Source: Eledone cirrhosa
Lineage: Eukaryota
NCBI GenBank assembly: GCA_964016885.1
Contig: OZ024742.1
Span: 153,512,001 to 153,576,000, forward strand
Reading direction: 5' to 3'
Length of the DNA: 64,000 nucleotides
Positions 40,561 through 54,733 of the stretch are shown here, piece after piece. Below the pieces are notes generated by a model. The model worked only from the letters and a program-made list of their open reading frames with translations, was not told where the DNA came from and searched no databases. Position 1 is the first letter of the stretch, and each line of letters opens with the position of its first letter. Both the position numbers and the translations under genes were made by a program.

Positions 40561-41851
40561 TCATAATGCTACAGTCGTATTTTCAGGTTTATAGACGAAG
40601 ATCAAAACACTGAACTGAAAGTTGTTGCGTCAAAAGCGTCTCGGACACTTCTTGTAGAAGATTCATTCTTAAATTTTACTATAAAATATCAGCATGGGTT
40701 ATTATTTTCCTAATCTATGAACGATATTATATTTGTAAGTTCCAAGTGCCACAGTCCGTTTGCCCAATAGAAGACGAACTATATCATGACTGAAAATAAA
40801 GGTAGAGCCTTATAGTCGGTATTAATGTTAAACTGAATGTTAAAAAAAAAAATGTAATTGCGTTACAGCCCAATATACAGCTAACGCCTCCAGCATCGTT
40901 TGAGCGTATTCTCTCTTGCCTGATGCGAGACGTCGAGATATACACATTACTGGATGCCAATCAGGTTTTAAGATTGACATATGTCGTCTTCGCTTTTATA
41001 GAAACTTACTTAACGATGGAATCATCGGAGGCCAGAAACGAAAGAAGTTCCCATAGGCATGTCTTTTGTTCATTCTTCTATAGGCATTTCTTTGTGGAGT
41101 GCAGTTGAAATAATGGGTTAGCTTTGTTTGATGAATTAAGAATAAAACATGAGTATATAACTGTTTCATGCCTAATTTTTCATGCAAGTGCTTAAAAGGA
41201 ATAACAAACTATTTAAGGACATACTTGTACCAGAAATTGCCGTAAATATCTTTTTAATCGTGTAGAACACAATGCTAACGAGAATTTATATTTTGCGGTT
41301 CGGCTAACATTCGGATCATGGACATGTTTACGTTTATTCAAAAGGAAACTATATTGCATTGTACCTCAGACTGATATTGCTAACCCCCATATATCATGCC
41401 CAATATTTTTTTATGTGAGAAATGGCCGTATTGTATCATGTGGTACTAAACGCACAGGCATGCGTTATATAAGTTGGTCTGGTCACGGCTGTACTTTCTT
41501 TGACCGCAGGACTATTTGGGTCTGGCTTGATGTAAATGTGGCTTCTAAAATTAGCAGCTAAAATTCCCTCAGTCTCCTGTAGTATTACATTCACATTTGA
41601 TGATAATATTCTTAGATGAATTACCTCGAAAAAATATCAGACGAAGAAGAATGAAAGACATATGATCATAGATGTGCTAAACAAGTACTGATAAGAGTCT
41701 AATTTATTAATCGCATAAGCAAACCCCGCAAATATAAATAACAACGCTTAGTCAACCTGTATATATATTTTAGGGTTGTATGGGTAAAATTGATCCCATT
41801 GCCACAGTTCAACATACATACATATATACATTATACATAGATACATACATA

Positions 41852-41923
<72 letters not shown>

Positions 41924-42049
41924 GCAGAGAGAGAGAGAGAGAGAGGCAGAGAGAGAGAGAGAGAGAGAGGCAGAGAGAGAGAGAGAGATAGATAATGTAC
42001 ATCCCCCATATATATATGTATATATATATAACGAAAGAGTTGTGGTAAG

Positions 42050-42099
42050 GAACCTGATGGACCATAACGTCGAAACGGCTTGAGCTCTGCCGTCGGGTC
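42050..42099 (+). ncRNA. Hammerhead-like motif lacking A9, in an ~80-bp insert
   Basis: CTGATG gac-cataac-gtc GAAA cggc..gccg TC; weak stem I. Confidence 0.5.
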
Positions 42100-42108
42100 T
42101 TACATTTT

Positions 42109-42247
<139 letters not shown>

Positions 42248-43007
42248 TTAGGTAGATAAACGGAAAGTTATTTCGATATATAGATAAATTTAAAGACGTG
42301 CTATTACTAATCAGTAAAGAGATAAACGTCGACACACATACACACTAATATATATATATTGTATAAAGATAGATATATTTACACTAATTAGTTTAATCTC
42401 TTCTATGTAGAAATTTACTCAATTGAGCGACAAGATATTGTCTTTGAATTCAACTAGCTATAAGTTATGAATGGCTTCTAAATTGAATCTTAATTTCCCG
42501 TTAGTTCTTTTGAGCATTGCGCAGGAATTATGAAAGAATTATTGACGTGGGATATTTACAACATCTCAAAATTATCATCTATTTTTGAAATATCCATTAA
42601 AGGGTTTCTTCTCTTGTATAATAATATTTTCCTTTCCTTTGTATCCTTTTCAAAGACCACTTATATTGTAATACAGATCAAAGCACTTCATAGCAACTGA
42701 GATGTTCTTGTTTCATGTGCCTCTCAATTAACAAAGTTAAAGCCATGAGTTTAACGAAGTAGCTGTATTAGACAATATCGTTAATTTCAATTAATTAGCA
42801 TCTAAGAAAATATTCTAGAAGTTATATTCTCAGGAAGTTCTAACAATAATCTGGTATCCGGTGGAAATTTGTGCGGCCATAGTTATAATTAAATGTTGTG
42901 TAAGGACGTCCAAATGTTGACTAGAAACTGAGATGAATAAAGTCATAAATGTATTCTTAAATTAATAATTACGTCTACACATAACCATACACAAACACAC
43001 GCACGCA

Positions 43008-43133
<126 letters not shown>

Positions 43134-43304
43134 CATATATATATATGTATACATACATATATATGTACGTCAATACTCATCTTTTTCCATTTATCTGAGG
43201 GTTCTAAACCCCGTTATCAAGCTAAAATTCCTTTAGTTAAAATACGGTGAAAGCTATATATTTTCTAATTTCAAACTCGCTCACTGTTTCAAAACATACT
43301 TACT

Positions 43305-43358
<54 letters not shown>

Positions 43359-44020
43359 AAGTAACTGTGCGTTTGAATGAGCATGTGTGTGTGCGTTCAT
43401 TTGTTTATGAAATTGGCATGTTGTGCTTGATCATGTCTTAGATGTGAACACAACACAGTAAACTGAAAACTCGATACCTGGGATATATATCTAATATGTT
43501 GGTGATATTGCAGCTCAAATATTGGAATCAAATGATTTTAAGTCTGTTATGCTGAGTGTATTTTTGGGGGACGCTTAGGATAACATTATATGGGAACTCA
43601 TTCATTAATATCATGGAATTTCGAAAGCATGATAATAGCAATGTAAACATGAATGTATGGATAGTATATTTGAAAATATAGAGTATGTTTAATTAAAAAC
43701 ATTTTGAAGACCTTGTGCTATCATTTTTAAAGTAGTGACTATGTCACTTACTTCTTTTTTCGGCCCAAAAGGGAGAGAAGCTAACAAATTCTGTTTCAGG
43801 CTGTTGGCGATCCTCAGAGAATCGTACTCCTCGCCTTTGCCGAAATTTATAGTGGCTGGATTCTTATACAATTCCAGTAATAATCAGGAACTGATTATAC
43901 AGAACGATTGTCGGTCCAGCAAAAATAAAAAAATTAGGATTGGTGGTCTGAAATACCGATGTATGCATGCAAAACGTTTTTAATTAAACATACGGTATAT
44001 TGCCAAATATACTAGACTTA

Positions 44021-44104
<84 letters not shown>

Positions 44105-44158
44105 TACACACACTCACACACACACACATACACACACACACACATACACACACACACA

Positions 44159-44229
<71 letters not shown>

Positions 44230-44234
44230 AGCAT

Positions 44235-45502
44235 ATGTCAGCAAGAAGATCCTGGACAGGATACTACCGACACTGCGTGCAGCCTCACCTATCCCACTCT
44301 GGAATAGAACATCCGAAGCAATCTCATGGTTCCAAGAACTGCCTGACAAACACAACACCCGTTTCCTGCAACTTGACATTGAGGATTACTACACCTCCAT
44401 TTCTGAGTCCCTGCTGAAGGATGCAATTGCTTTCGCAAGAAACCTAATCATCATAACCGACGCCGAGCAGGATGTGATCATCTATGCACGTAAGACCTTT
44501 TTCTACCATAACGGGTCCTACTGGATCTACAAAAAATCGGAGACTCCCTTCGATGTCAGCATGGGTGCTAGTGACTCGGTTGAGATTAGTGATCTGGAGG
44601 GCCTGTTCATCCTTAACCGGATGTAAACCCTCTTCACAGGCTTTACAGGCGGACTATACCGGAATGACGGCCTATTTTCCCTGCATAAAATTAACCCCAG
44701 GACTACCGATGAGTTTCGGGAAAACCTTAATGCTTTCTTCAATAACGTAGCCATCAGAATAACTATAGATTCGAGTTTAACTAATGCCAACTTGTTAGAT
44801 GTAACACTTGATTTAGGAACCTCCCTTTATTATCCGTACTACAAACATAACGAATCCCTTAGATATATAGACGTTAACTCGAAACACCCCAAGAACATCA
44901 CAGATAATTTAGTTAAAAGTGTCTCCCTTAGGATCTCTGTCCTCTCCGCCAATGAGGATATCTTTAGGGCTGCGGCCCCCTATTACAACGAAGCCCCAGC
45001 CCGTAGCGGATGTAAAGATAAGATCTCTTATCTCAGAATAGCCCCACGCCCACATAGGAGGAATAGGAAGAGGCAAATTAGTTGGTACAACCCTCGCCCA
45101 CTTCAACCGCGAGGTATCTTCACCTATAGCAAAAACTTTCTATTGCACACATATTTCCCCACCCAACATAGGTACTGCACCATCTTTAATAAGAATACAA
45201 TCAGACTCTCTTACTACACTACACCAAATCTAGCTAGGAACTTAGCCAATATTAATATTACTAAGTTAAATAAGTCTACTACCTCCGAAACCCATCCCGG
45301 TACCGAGGTCCTGTGCAACTGCCACGATAAGGCTGCATGCCCCTTCAGCAATAAATGCCTTACAAAGGATATTGTATACAAATGTGATGTCATCTCAGGC
45401 CCTGATGAAAAGAGAAAGACGTATATGGGGATGACCTCCAACAACTTTAAGACCCCTTGGTACGCACACACCCATTCTTTTCGATGCCCGGACAAGTCCA
45501 AC
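44235..45502 (+). pseudogene. PLE RT + truncated GIY-YIG (EN1)
   Basis: CNCHDKAACPFSNKCLTKDIVY..TYMGMT..HTHSF, then abrupt end. Confidence 0.88.
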
Positions 45503-45770
45503 CATATAGTACAGACGCACCTACACCTGAACATAACTATATCGGCCTTAACGACTACCTAGCAGCATCCAATAGTGCTGGCAACAGCCTCTACAGACGC
45601 AACCAGCATAACCACGACATGACTGGGAACATGCAGGACATGACGTGCTGAATAATAATGATACCACCCCGCGCACAGTGGGTTATACTAGTGCTAACAT
45701 CAGCTGCTGGAGAGTAGGGAACAACGTAGATAGTAATAATGATAGCCTTAGAAGGGACCGCGACCGAAAT

Positions 45771-46199
45771 TGCAAGTGCCGCGACAGGGGACGCAGCCCC
45801 CTTTGGGGATACTGATTGACTGATAGGATTATATATAGGTTCACTGTAACTAGCCACAATAGCGTTAAAAATTATTTAGGGGCTACCTCTGGCCCGTTCA
45901 AAATTAGATTTCGAACACATCTCCATTCTTTCAAAAACAAGAAATTAAGACACTCCACTTCGCTCACAGACTACATCACATCTTTAAAAGACTTAAACAT
46001 CAGCTTCTCCACGCACTGGGATATTGTCGGCAGGGCTGCACCGTACAACTTCAAGAGGAAGTGCGATCTTTGCCTCATGGAGCTCTACAACATCATAACG
46101 GGACCCCACGATTTCATCAACGGCAAAGCTGAAACGACGATGGGCTGTACACATCACTTAAACATATCCTTCTTCAGATGGGATAAGGATGAGGAGTGA
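45771..46199 (+). pseudogene. Second, complete GIY-YIG (EN2)
   Basis: CKCRDRGRSPFG / IIYRF..NYLGAT..RFRTHLHSF..CDLCLME..N..CTHH. Confidence 0.88.
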
Positions 46200-46573
46200 A
46201 ACCGTATACCGGTCTCCCTGCAACAAGCTTTAACACCCCGGCGGTCAGGCGCTGCAAAAAAACCCCGGAAACTAACCATGTATCCGAGACCCAGCTTCAA
46301 ATGACCCAGGCCGGCAAGTGCAGAAAAACAAACGTCTCAAAACAAACGTTGCTTACCTGACCCTGTGCGTATCGACAATGCTAAGGTTGTAACCACATCT
46401 TGTAACGGATAAAATATTTGTCCGGGAAAGTCTTTCCTAACACCGGTCTGACTTACCTCCCTTGACCTACTGCAAAACCCAAATACGCTTTTTTTTGCGA
46501 AGAATGAACTCTGACGTGAACTTACCTCCAAAAACACTTTCCGGGCCATGTAGGAACATTTTTAGGTATTTAT

Positions 46574-46613
46574 GCCCTTGAGAAGCCCATCCGGGCGAAA
46601 CGTACATAGGTGC
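46574..46613 (+). ncRNA. Hammerhead variant U3-A8 (core UUGAGAA)
   Basis: gccc TTGAGAA gccc-atcc-gggc GAAA cgtaca TA ggtgc; AATAAA at 46621; stems I and III partly decayed. Confidence 0.6.
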
Positions 46614-46812
46614 TGTTTTAAATAAACATGTATTAAAAGTCTGTTCTCCTATTTCTTACTTTTCCACGTGCTTACGCTCTGCTAACTCTCTCGCCCATAA
46701 CATCTAACACTGCCGGCACTAGTATTGAGCACCTTCTGCATACGCTATTTGGCAAATAACTACATGTATCAACTATCCCTCCTTTTTTCTCTCTCTCGAT
46801 ACGTAAATACTC

Positions 46813-46872
<60 letters not shown>

Positions 46873-46879
<7 letters not shown>

Positions 46880-47418
46880 CGTTTCTGAATTTGTTTAGCA
46901 AGATTATTTATCTGAAAACGTGTGTTGAAACCGATATTGTTATACTTTGGGATGGGAGGGTCATGTTGCCAATAAGAAACACACGCACCGGTTGCTTAAA
47001 CTTCAATTAATTATAATAAATTTATAATTTTAGGAATTTATAAATTTCTGGTTGGTTGGTTGGTTCCACAACCAGATGGTTGTTTATATTTTGTCAAAGT
47101 TCTTTCGTCACACATTTTGTAACCTCTTCAGGTCTTGATTATGTGTGTGTGTTCACAGAAACAAGATGGCGTAGGACAGAACAAAGGAGAGGCACAAAAA
47201 CAAAGAAAATAATCCCCAGTCACTTAAGAGGTCACAAAATGTGTGACGAAAGAACTTTGACAACATATAAACACCCATCTGGTTGTGGAACCAACCAAGC
47301 AAGCGGAAATTTATAAATTCCTAAATTTATAAATTTATTATAATAATAAAAGCAATTATTATAATGAAAGCAATGGTGCGTGTGTTTCTTATTGCCCAAC
47401 ATGACCCTCCCAAAGTAT

Positions 47419-47423
<5 letters not shown>
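46873..47423. mobile_element. Inverted pair of solo pLTRs of the 23180-27246 PLE family
   Basis: ~46873-47131 (-) and ~47152-47423 (+); HHR remnants 47093-47131 (stem I lost) and 47219-47261 (CTTAAGA). Confidence 0.85.
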
Positions 47424-47500
<77 letters not shown>

Positions 47501-47598
47501 GTATATATGTGCGTATATGTATATGAATGTATGTGTATATGTGTGTGTGTAAGTATGTATATATATATATATATATTTATATGTATGTATATGTGTAT

Positions 47599-47630
<32 letters not shown>

Positions 47631-47809
47631 GTGTATGTATATGTATATATATATATACGTTATTCCGGGTTGAATCGGAGGTAACCAAAGTAAGTAACGT
47701 ACTGAATACATTGCAGAGTATAATAGTTTTAATATAGATGACATTCCACAGGACTAGAACTGATTTCTAAAGAATGAAACAGTTCTAGTCCTGTAGAATC
47801 TCATCTCTC

Positions 47810-47890
<81 letters not shown>

Positions 47891-48029
47891 AAATGTGTGT
47901 AATCCTTGGTACAGTTAGGTATATTAAGACAGTGGGGAAGAAAAAATGGCTTCACTTGTGCTTTCGCACCTCTCAAACTTGTGAATAATTATTTTTTTCT
48001 TTTTTTCCTGAAGAATTTTTCACAACATA

Positions 48030-48642
48030 AAAAAGAAAACCCTGCTATCTCCTTTGTCATCACTCACAACCCAGGGAACATCAACATGTGAAAACTGCTA
48101 AGCAGTATCTCCCGGTTCTACAGCAATCTACCAAAATGAATGCACTCTTAAAAAACACACAGATAATTTATAGCAGACGCCAAGCACCCAACCTTAAAAA
48201 ACTAATTACCAAGGCAAAATTTACGACCAACATGGAATCAATGAAAGTGACGAAATGCGGGGACCCTAGATGTGGAACCTGTGAACTCATCGAAGAGGGC
48301 AAACAGTTGTCATTCAAAAACCATGATAATTTCAAGGTCAATGCTAACATGAACTGCAAAACGAAAAACCTAATATATTGCGCAACATGTCCACAGTGTA
48401 AAGAGTATTACATTGGGGAAACCGGAACGGGATTACATGATAGAGTCCGGGTACATAAAGAACAGATTAAAGACCCCACAGTCAGAAATACCACATGTAG
48501 CGCACACTTTGCATCATGCGGGAAGGGAAAATTCACAATCTTCCCTTTCTTCAAGATATGGTCGGATAACGAACATTTCCGCAGATATAAAGAAGAATGC
48601 TTCATTGAAAAATTTAAACCACTACTGAACACGAAAAAATGA
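48030..48642 (+). pseudogene. 5'-truncated PLE GIY-YIG (Neptune-like)
   Basis: CGDPRCGTC, NCKTKNLIYCATCPQC, YIGETG, RVRVH, RRYKEECFI..KPLLN; probable pLTR pieces at 47658-47805 (inverted) and 51330-51460. Confidence 0.85.
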
Positions 48643-48729
48643 ATTAACACTCGGAGGTAAAATTCCATTTCACTACCCCCTCCCTCTTCTTATGTATACA
48701 CATGAATATCTGAATGAACGGTGAGACAC

Positions 48730-48870
48730 ACACATATATGTGTGTAGGGATGTATGGATGTATGTACGTGTGGGTATATATGTATGTGGGTGTGTGTATG
48801 TGTGTGTATATATATATACATATATGTATGCATGTGTGTATGTTTGTATGTGTGTGTGTATATATGTATA

Positions 48871-48937
<67 letters not shown>

Positions 48938-48973
48938 ATATGTACATGTATGTATGTGTATGTTTGTATATAA

Positions 48974-49029
<56 letters not shown>

Positions 49030-49264
49030 GGATAGATATGTATGTTTATGTGTGTGGGTATGTATGTGTATGTACCTATATATATGTGTGTGTGTGTGTA
49101 TGTATGTGCATATATGTACATATGTGTGTACATGTGTGTATGTTTCTGTTTGTGTATACGTATGTATGTATGTAGATGTATGTGTGTGTATGTGTGTGTA
49201 TGTATATGTATGGGTATGTGTATGTGTATATGTGTCTTTATGTGCTCGTGTATACGCACACATG

Positions 49265-49297
<33 letters not shown>

Positions 49298-49298
49298 G

Positions 49299-49329
<31 letters not shown>

Positions 49330-49912
49330 GTGTGTGTATGTGTGTATGTATGTATGTATGTATGTATGTACATCTATGTGTATGTATGTATGTGTGTATG
49401 TATGTACTTGTATGTGTATGTGTATGTGTATGTATGTGTATATATATACATATGTATATATATATATATGTGCATATGTATGTGTGTGTATATATATGTA
49501 TATGGATATGTATGTATGTGTATATGTATGTGTATATGTGTGTATGTGTATGTATGTATTTATGTGTACATATGTGTATATGTATGTGTATGTATGTGTG
49601 TGTATATGAATATATATATATATGTGTATACATATATATAGATATATGGGTGTATGTGTGTGTATGTATGCATGTATGTGTGAACGGAGGGGTATATATA
49701 CGGACATATGTATATGTGTGTGTGCGTGTGTGTGTGTAAACACGTGCGTGTGTGTGTGTGTGTGTGTATGTGTGCATGTATGTGTGTATATATGTATATT
49801 TAGTTATGTATCTTTACGTGTGTATATATATGTATGTGTATGTAGGTATATGTATGTATATATGTAAGTATATATATATGTATATATGTATATATATATA
49901 TGTGTGTGTATG

Positions 49913-49951
<39 letters not shown>

Positions 49952-50240
49952 GTGTGTGTATGTGTATATGTATGTATATATATTTATATATATATATGTA
50001 TATGTATGTATGTATACGTGTATGTATGTGTGTATATATGTGTATATATATATATACCCATGTGGAGGTATGTGTACATATTCGTGTGTGTACGTATGTG
50101 TATATGTGTTTTTATATGTGTCTCTATATGTTTTTGTGTGTGTATTTGTACAGGGGTGTGTGATTGATCGTGTGTGCCTATATGTTCCTACATATGCCCG
50201 TGTGTGTATGTATATATATGCACACACATATATATGTGTG
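48730..50240. repeat. Compound (TG)/(TA)/(TATG) low-complexity tract
   Basis: Directly visible. Confidence 0.95.
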
Positions 50241-50802
50241 TGTTCAACAAAGTACTAACTTTGGGATGGACGTAAACAAATTCTTCAGGAAAAAAAGAAA
50301 AAAATAATTATTCACAAGCTTGACAGGTGCGATTTGCCTGTGACCATTCTCAACACAAAAGCGATGCTAAAAGCTTTTTCCCCTGAATAAAGGAATTTTT
50401 CCAGAATGACCGGGGCAGGCCGCACTTGCTAGGTTTCTCCCCACCCAACCCTACTCAACGTCTCAACTCATTACTGCTATGAACACTTTTTCAACACACC
50501 TACACCCATGCACTTATTAAAGGGGAGAAAATAAACCCCTACCACACCACAGACATGTTAAATCCCTATATATAGAACAACACACCACATACACATCAGT
50601 TTGACAAGCGCACCTCAGCGTGAAAGGTCTTTCTAAAAACGAAACAATACCTCCTACGTTAACCAAGAACTCCTAAGACCTAACCAACAACCAACAACTT
50701 AATTTATAAAATAATTTTTTTTAAGAAAAACTCTTTTTGGATTTTGTGAAGAAAATAAATTTGTTGAAAGCACAAGTGAAGCCATTTTTTCTTCCCCCCT
50801 AT

Positions 50803-50946
<144 letters not shown>

Positions 50947-51463
50947 ATATATACACATGTATATATATACACATGTGTGTATGTGTGTATGTATATATGT
51001 ATATGTATGTGTATATATATATTTATGTGCGCGCATGTGTGTGTGCGCGCGCGTAGGCACGTGTGTGTTGTTGGCGTGTGTGCTGGTGACTTTGTACTAA
51101 CCTACCATTTCCACAGATGTTCGATCAACTACTTGATATACCTTTTGTTCAAAAGTGGCTACCTCCCACTAAACTTCTTTCTCAAAATAAATGTTGTTTT
51201 TTCTAAGAATCCCCATCCTTTAATCCGACCATGACGTCTACCCCCACCCCACCCCCACTCACCACCACCACTACCCTTCCCTTACCATGACAAAATGTAT
51301 AAATACCAGAAAATTACATTGACAGTCGGTATACTGATGATTTCCTCCGAATGAAACAGTTCTAGTCCTGTAGAAGCCATTTCTATATTAAATTACTTTT
51401 TCTCTGCTATGTATTTAGTAGCCTACATATTGTGGTTATCCCCGATTTAACCCGGGATCTACA

Positions 51464-51512
<49 letters not shown>

Positions 51513-52515
51513 AGAGTCTGGAACCCTGTGGCTTAGTTCCGATCTAGCTGTCGAAACAGCAGTACCTCAGCCGTCGGGGTCCTGACTATTTTCATATTAC
51601 CCAGTATTGAGTACTCTTACCACACTCTCTTTGTTATATATACATATATATATACAGAGAGAGAGAGGGAGAGAGAGGGGGAGAGAGAGATTGGGTGAGT
51701 GAGAGAGATGAATATGTCTATATACATATATGTGTTTACGTTTGATATAAAAATTTGAATTGTTAAATGAACAGGATTTAGTTAGGCTAGTGCATAACAT
51801 ATATAACCGACCGTGTCGTAGGAATATCTGAGTGGGTGGATAAAGATATTATGAGGTCGTCAAATGCCTCATATACTCTTTTCTATGTTATTACAATTTA
51901 GATATTCAATTTCTCCACACTGCGAAAATGGAAAAATTGTGGGCAAACAAAATCAGAAAAACCAAAGAGAAATATAATTTATTGAATTTTCATGCAAACT
52001 AATGTAAACTGCAATTGGTGAAGCAATAAAATCCTTTAACAGTATGGAGGATACATTCTAGTGCAACTAAATATTCAATCGATGGTTATCCGCATTGCAC
52101 CGCAACAAAATTATGATGGAATATATGTAAGGGATTTAAAATGAAACATAAATATAAATGGGAATCAATTGCAGTTGTTTTGAATGTAAACTTTTTGAAT
52201 ATATAAGAAGAAAGAAAACTGATATTTAGATACAAATACACAGAAACGTATATATATATGTATTTACTAACTCACATACACACACACGCAGACATGCACA
52301 GACAGACAGACACACACATACACAAACACACGCAAGGTTGCAAACAGGAATACGTATATGACAGAATGGGCCATATGGATCGGAACATACCAGATGTCAG
52401 ATACCTTGTTCGAACCATGAATGCGTTTATCTTTCCATTTTCTGTCTCTACATGAAAGTTACCCGGCAAACATTTTTCACTATCCTCCAGGCTTCGGAAA
52501 TAAAAACAAGTTGAA

Positions 52516-52580
<65 letters not shown>

Positions 52581-52597
52581 GTATATATTTCTGTCTC

Positions 52598-52751
<154 letters not shown>

Positions 52752-52897
52752 CAAATTACAATGTATGTGGAAATAATATACACACATATTTATTTTTTCT
52801 ACAAAAGTCCTGACTGCTGTTTCGCTGGTCCGGATTCTACTTCTCTGCACCATAAAGATGCATCATCGAAATTAAAGGATGCTATCCATGTATAATC

Positions 52898-53325
52898 ACA
52901 TGCTGATCGAATTTTATAACCGACAATGAATTCTACAACGTCTGGATATCTTCTGAAGGATTTCAAGGTAACAAGCGTGGTTTAGCATTTGTACTCAAGC
53001 AGTGCAAGACTCTCTGTCTGTATGACATTGGTCAGTTTCATTAGCGTTCATTAAAACTGTTCTGTAACTGTATACGTATATTTTCCAATGTACTAAGTTT
53101 AGTACTGTTGATAGTATGCTGAACTATACTTAGTACCTTGGAAAAGAAAAGTATAACGTTACAGGACAGTTTTAATGAAAGCTAATCAAACTGTCTAATA
53201 TCACAGAGACAGAGAGTGTTGCACTGATTGAGTAGAAATGCTAAACCACGCTGGCTACTTTGAAATCGTTAAGTAGATATCCAGATGTAGAATTCATTGT
53301 CAGTTATAAAATTCGATCAGCATGT
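52898..53325. mobile_element. Foldback/MITE-like ~430-bp imperfect palindrome
   Basis: acatgctgatcgaattttataac...gttataaaattcgatcagcatgt with arms pairing almost to the centre. Confidence 0.8.
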
Positions 53326-53359
53326 AATAGGGGCAAACACCATAGAATATACGAGTGAA

Positions 53360-53640
53360 ATAAAAAGCTACTGTTTCATCCAAATCTAAGAAAATAAGGG
53401 GCACGCCCATTAAATATAAAGGCAAATAGATGGAGAGACGAGTGGGCGATAGGAGCACACGGAAAATCAACTCCAAAGGAAAGAAATGATCTTAGTGTGA
53501 TAAATATCGTAGAAAGGAATCTTGTCATAGTTGAACCAGAAGCATTGCCAAATGCCGAAGAGCTGAATATAGCCATAGACAGATTTGTCGCAGGTCAGGT
53601 AGTAGAACTGGATGGAATTTCATCAGAGATTATTAGTCCC
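53360..53640 (+). pseudogene. Decayed LINE (RTE-like) fragment
   Basis: RW.., P.AEELNIAID..G..ELDGISSEI resembles the pre-RT KAPGxDGI segment. Confidence 0.4.
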
Positions 53641-53923
53641 TCGTGGAGCATTTGTAGAGGCTCCTACATGATCAAATCTCAGTACTAATAGTACAAGATA
53701 CACGGGTGCATTTTATCTATATACATAGAGCTATGAGAAACCCTAGTGAAGATTTCCTATTCCTGTCTACATGTACCTGTCTACATGTACAGGTTCACAT
53801 GTACGGGCAGCCCAGACCATACATACAAAGATACAAAGAAAACCTTAGTCTTGATCATCTGCGACCTTGACAAACAATTGTGCAACGCACACACACACAT
53901 ACACACACACACGCACACACACA

Positions 53924-54004
<81 letters not shown>

Positions 54005-54005
<1 letters not shown>

Positions 54006-54733
54006 GACGAAAAAACGGGTCAGTACTATACGAACATGCTAGACAACAACATGACGGTAACATAGACAACATAGAAATTAGAATAATATCTAAACATAGG
54101 AATGACCCAGCAGATAGGCAAATCAGAGAGGCCAGTGAAATAGAAATTAGAAGACCAAAGCTAAACAGAAAGAATGAGTGGAACAACAACAACACTGACC
54201 TAAGAGTAGTATAAATAAGTAAATAAAATTAAATAAAATAAGATAAATAAATACATACACAAGCACATAAACACACACTAGTCACCCAGCAGACACAACA
54301 CTATACACACTAGTCACACATCACACATAACACTATACACACACGCATGCGCAAAGAAGACAAAATAAAATAAGATAAACACACAAGCAAATAAATAAAT
54401 ACATATATAGACAGACTGAACAAAAAAAAATGGCGTAGACATACAACACAACAGGAGGAACAATGAATAGAACACCACTGACGATGTTGCAGATGTGCAA
54501 CGAAAGATTTATGTAAATTATGTAAACTATATATATGTGTTTGTGTCTATATTGTATCTGTATTATTTTTGATCGCCGGTCAGTCAATGGCAACATTGAG
54601 GACCGAGTAAGTTAGATCGCAGATATATATATATAAAAGACAGCGAGAAGCGAAAACCAACCAAACAGTGAGTGTGTTCTGTTATTAATTCTGGCAATAT
54701 TACGCAAATATGACCCTCCCCAAATATAACAAT
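54005..54733 (+). mobile_element. 3' end of a PLE related to the 23180-27246 family
   Basis: SVLYEHARQQH..RQIREA..PKLNRKNEW; ends at atgaccctcccaaa.ataacaata like 27221-27244. Confidence 0.85.
54475..54514 (+). ncRNA. Minimal hammerhead with an extra nucleotide after A9
   Basis: cca CTGACGA t gttgca-gatg-tgcaac GAAA gatt TA tg; stems I and III weakened. Confidence 0.6.

Larger units (their letters stand above)
44230..46810 (+). mobile_element. 5'-truncated Penelope-like element with two GIY-YIG regions
   Basis: RT (LDIEDYY, MGASDS, GLYRND, LDVTL, SKHP, WYNP), EN1 ~45314-45502, EN2 ~45771-46199, HHR + AATAAA. Confidence 0.88.

Noticed and set aside
40615-41110. Possible mariner remnants
   Set aside because: Resemblance too weak; no DDD motif or paired TIRs
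43689-43871. Protein-like 60-aa ORF as a host exon
   Set aside because: Upstream in-frame stop, no convincing acceptor, no recognised homology; BLASTX would settle it
45402-45420. CTGATGA..GAAA inside EN1
   Set aside because: No stems; chance match in coding sequence
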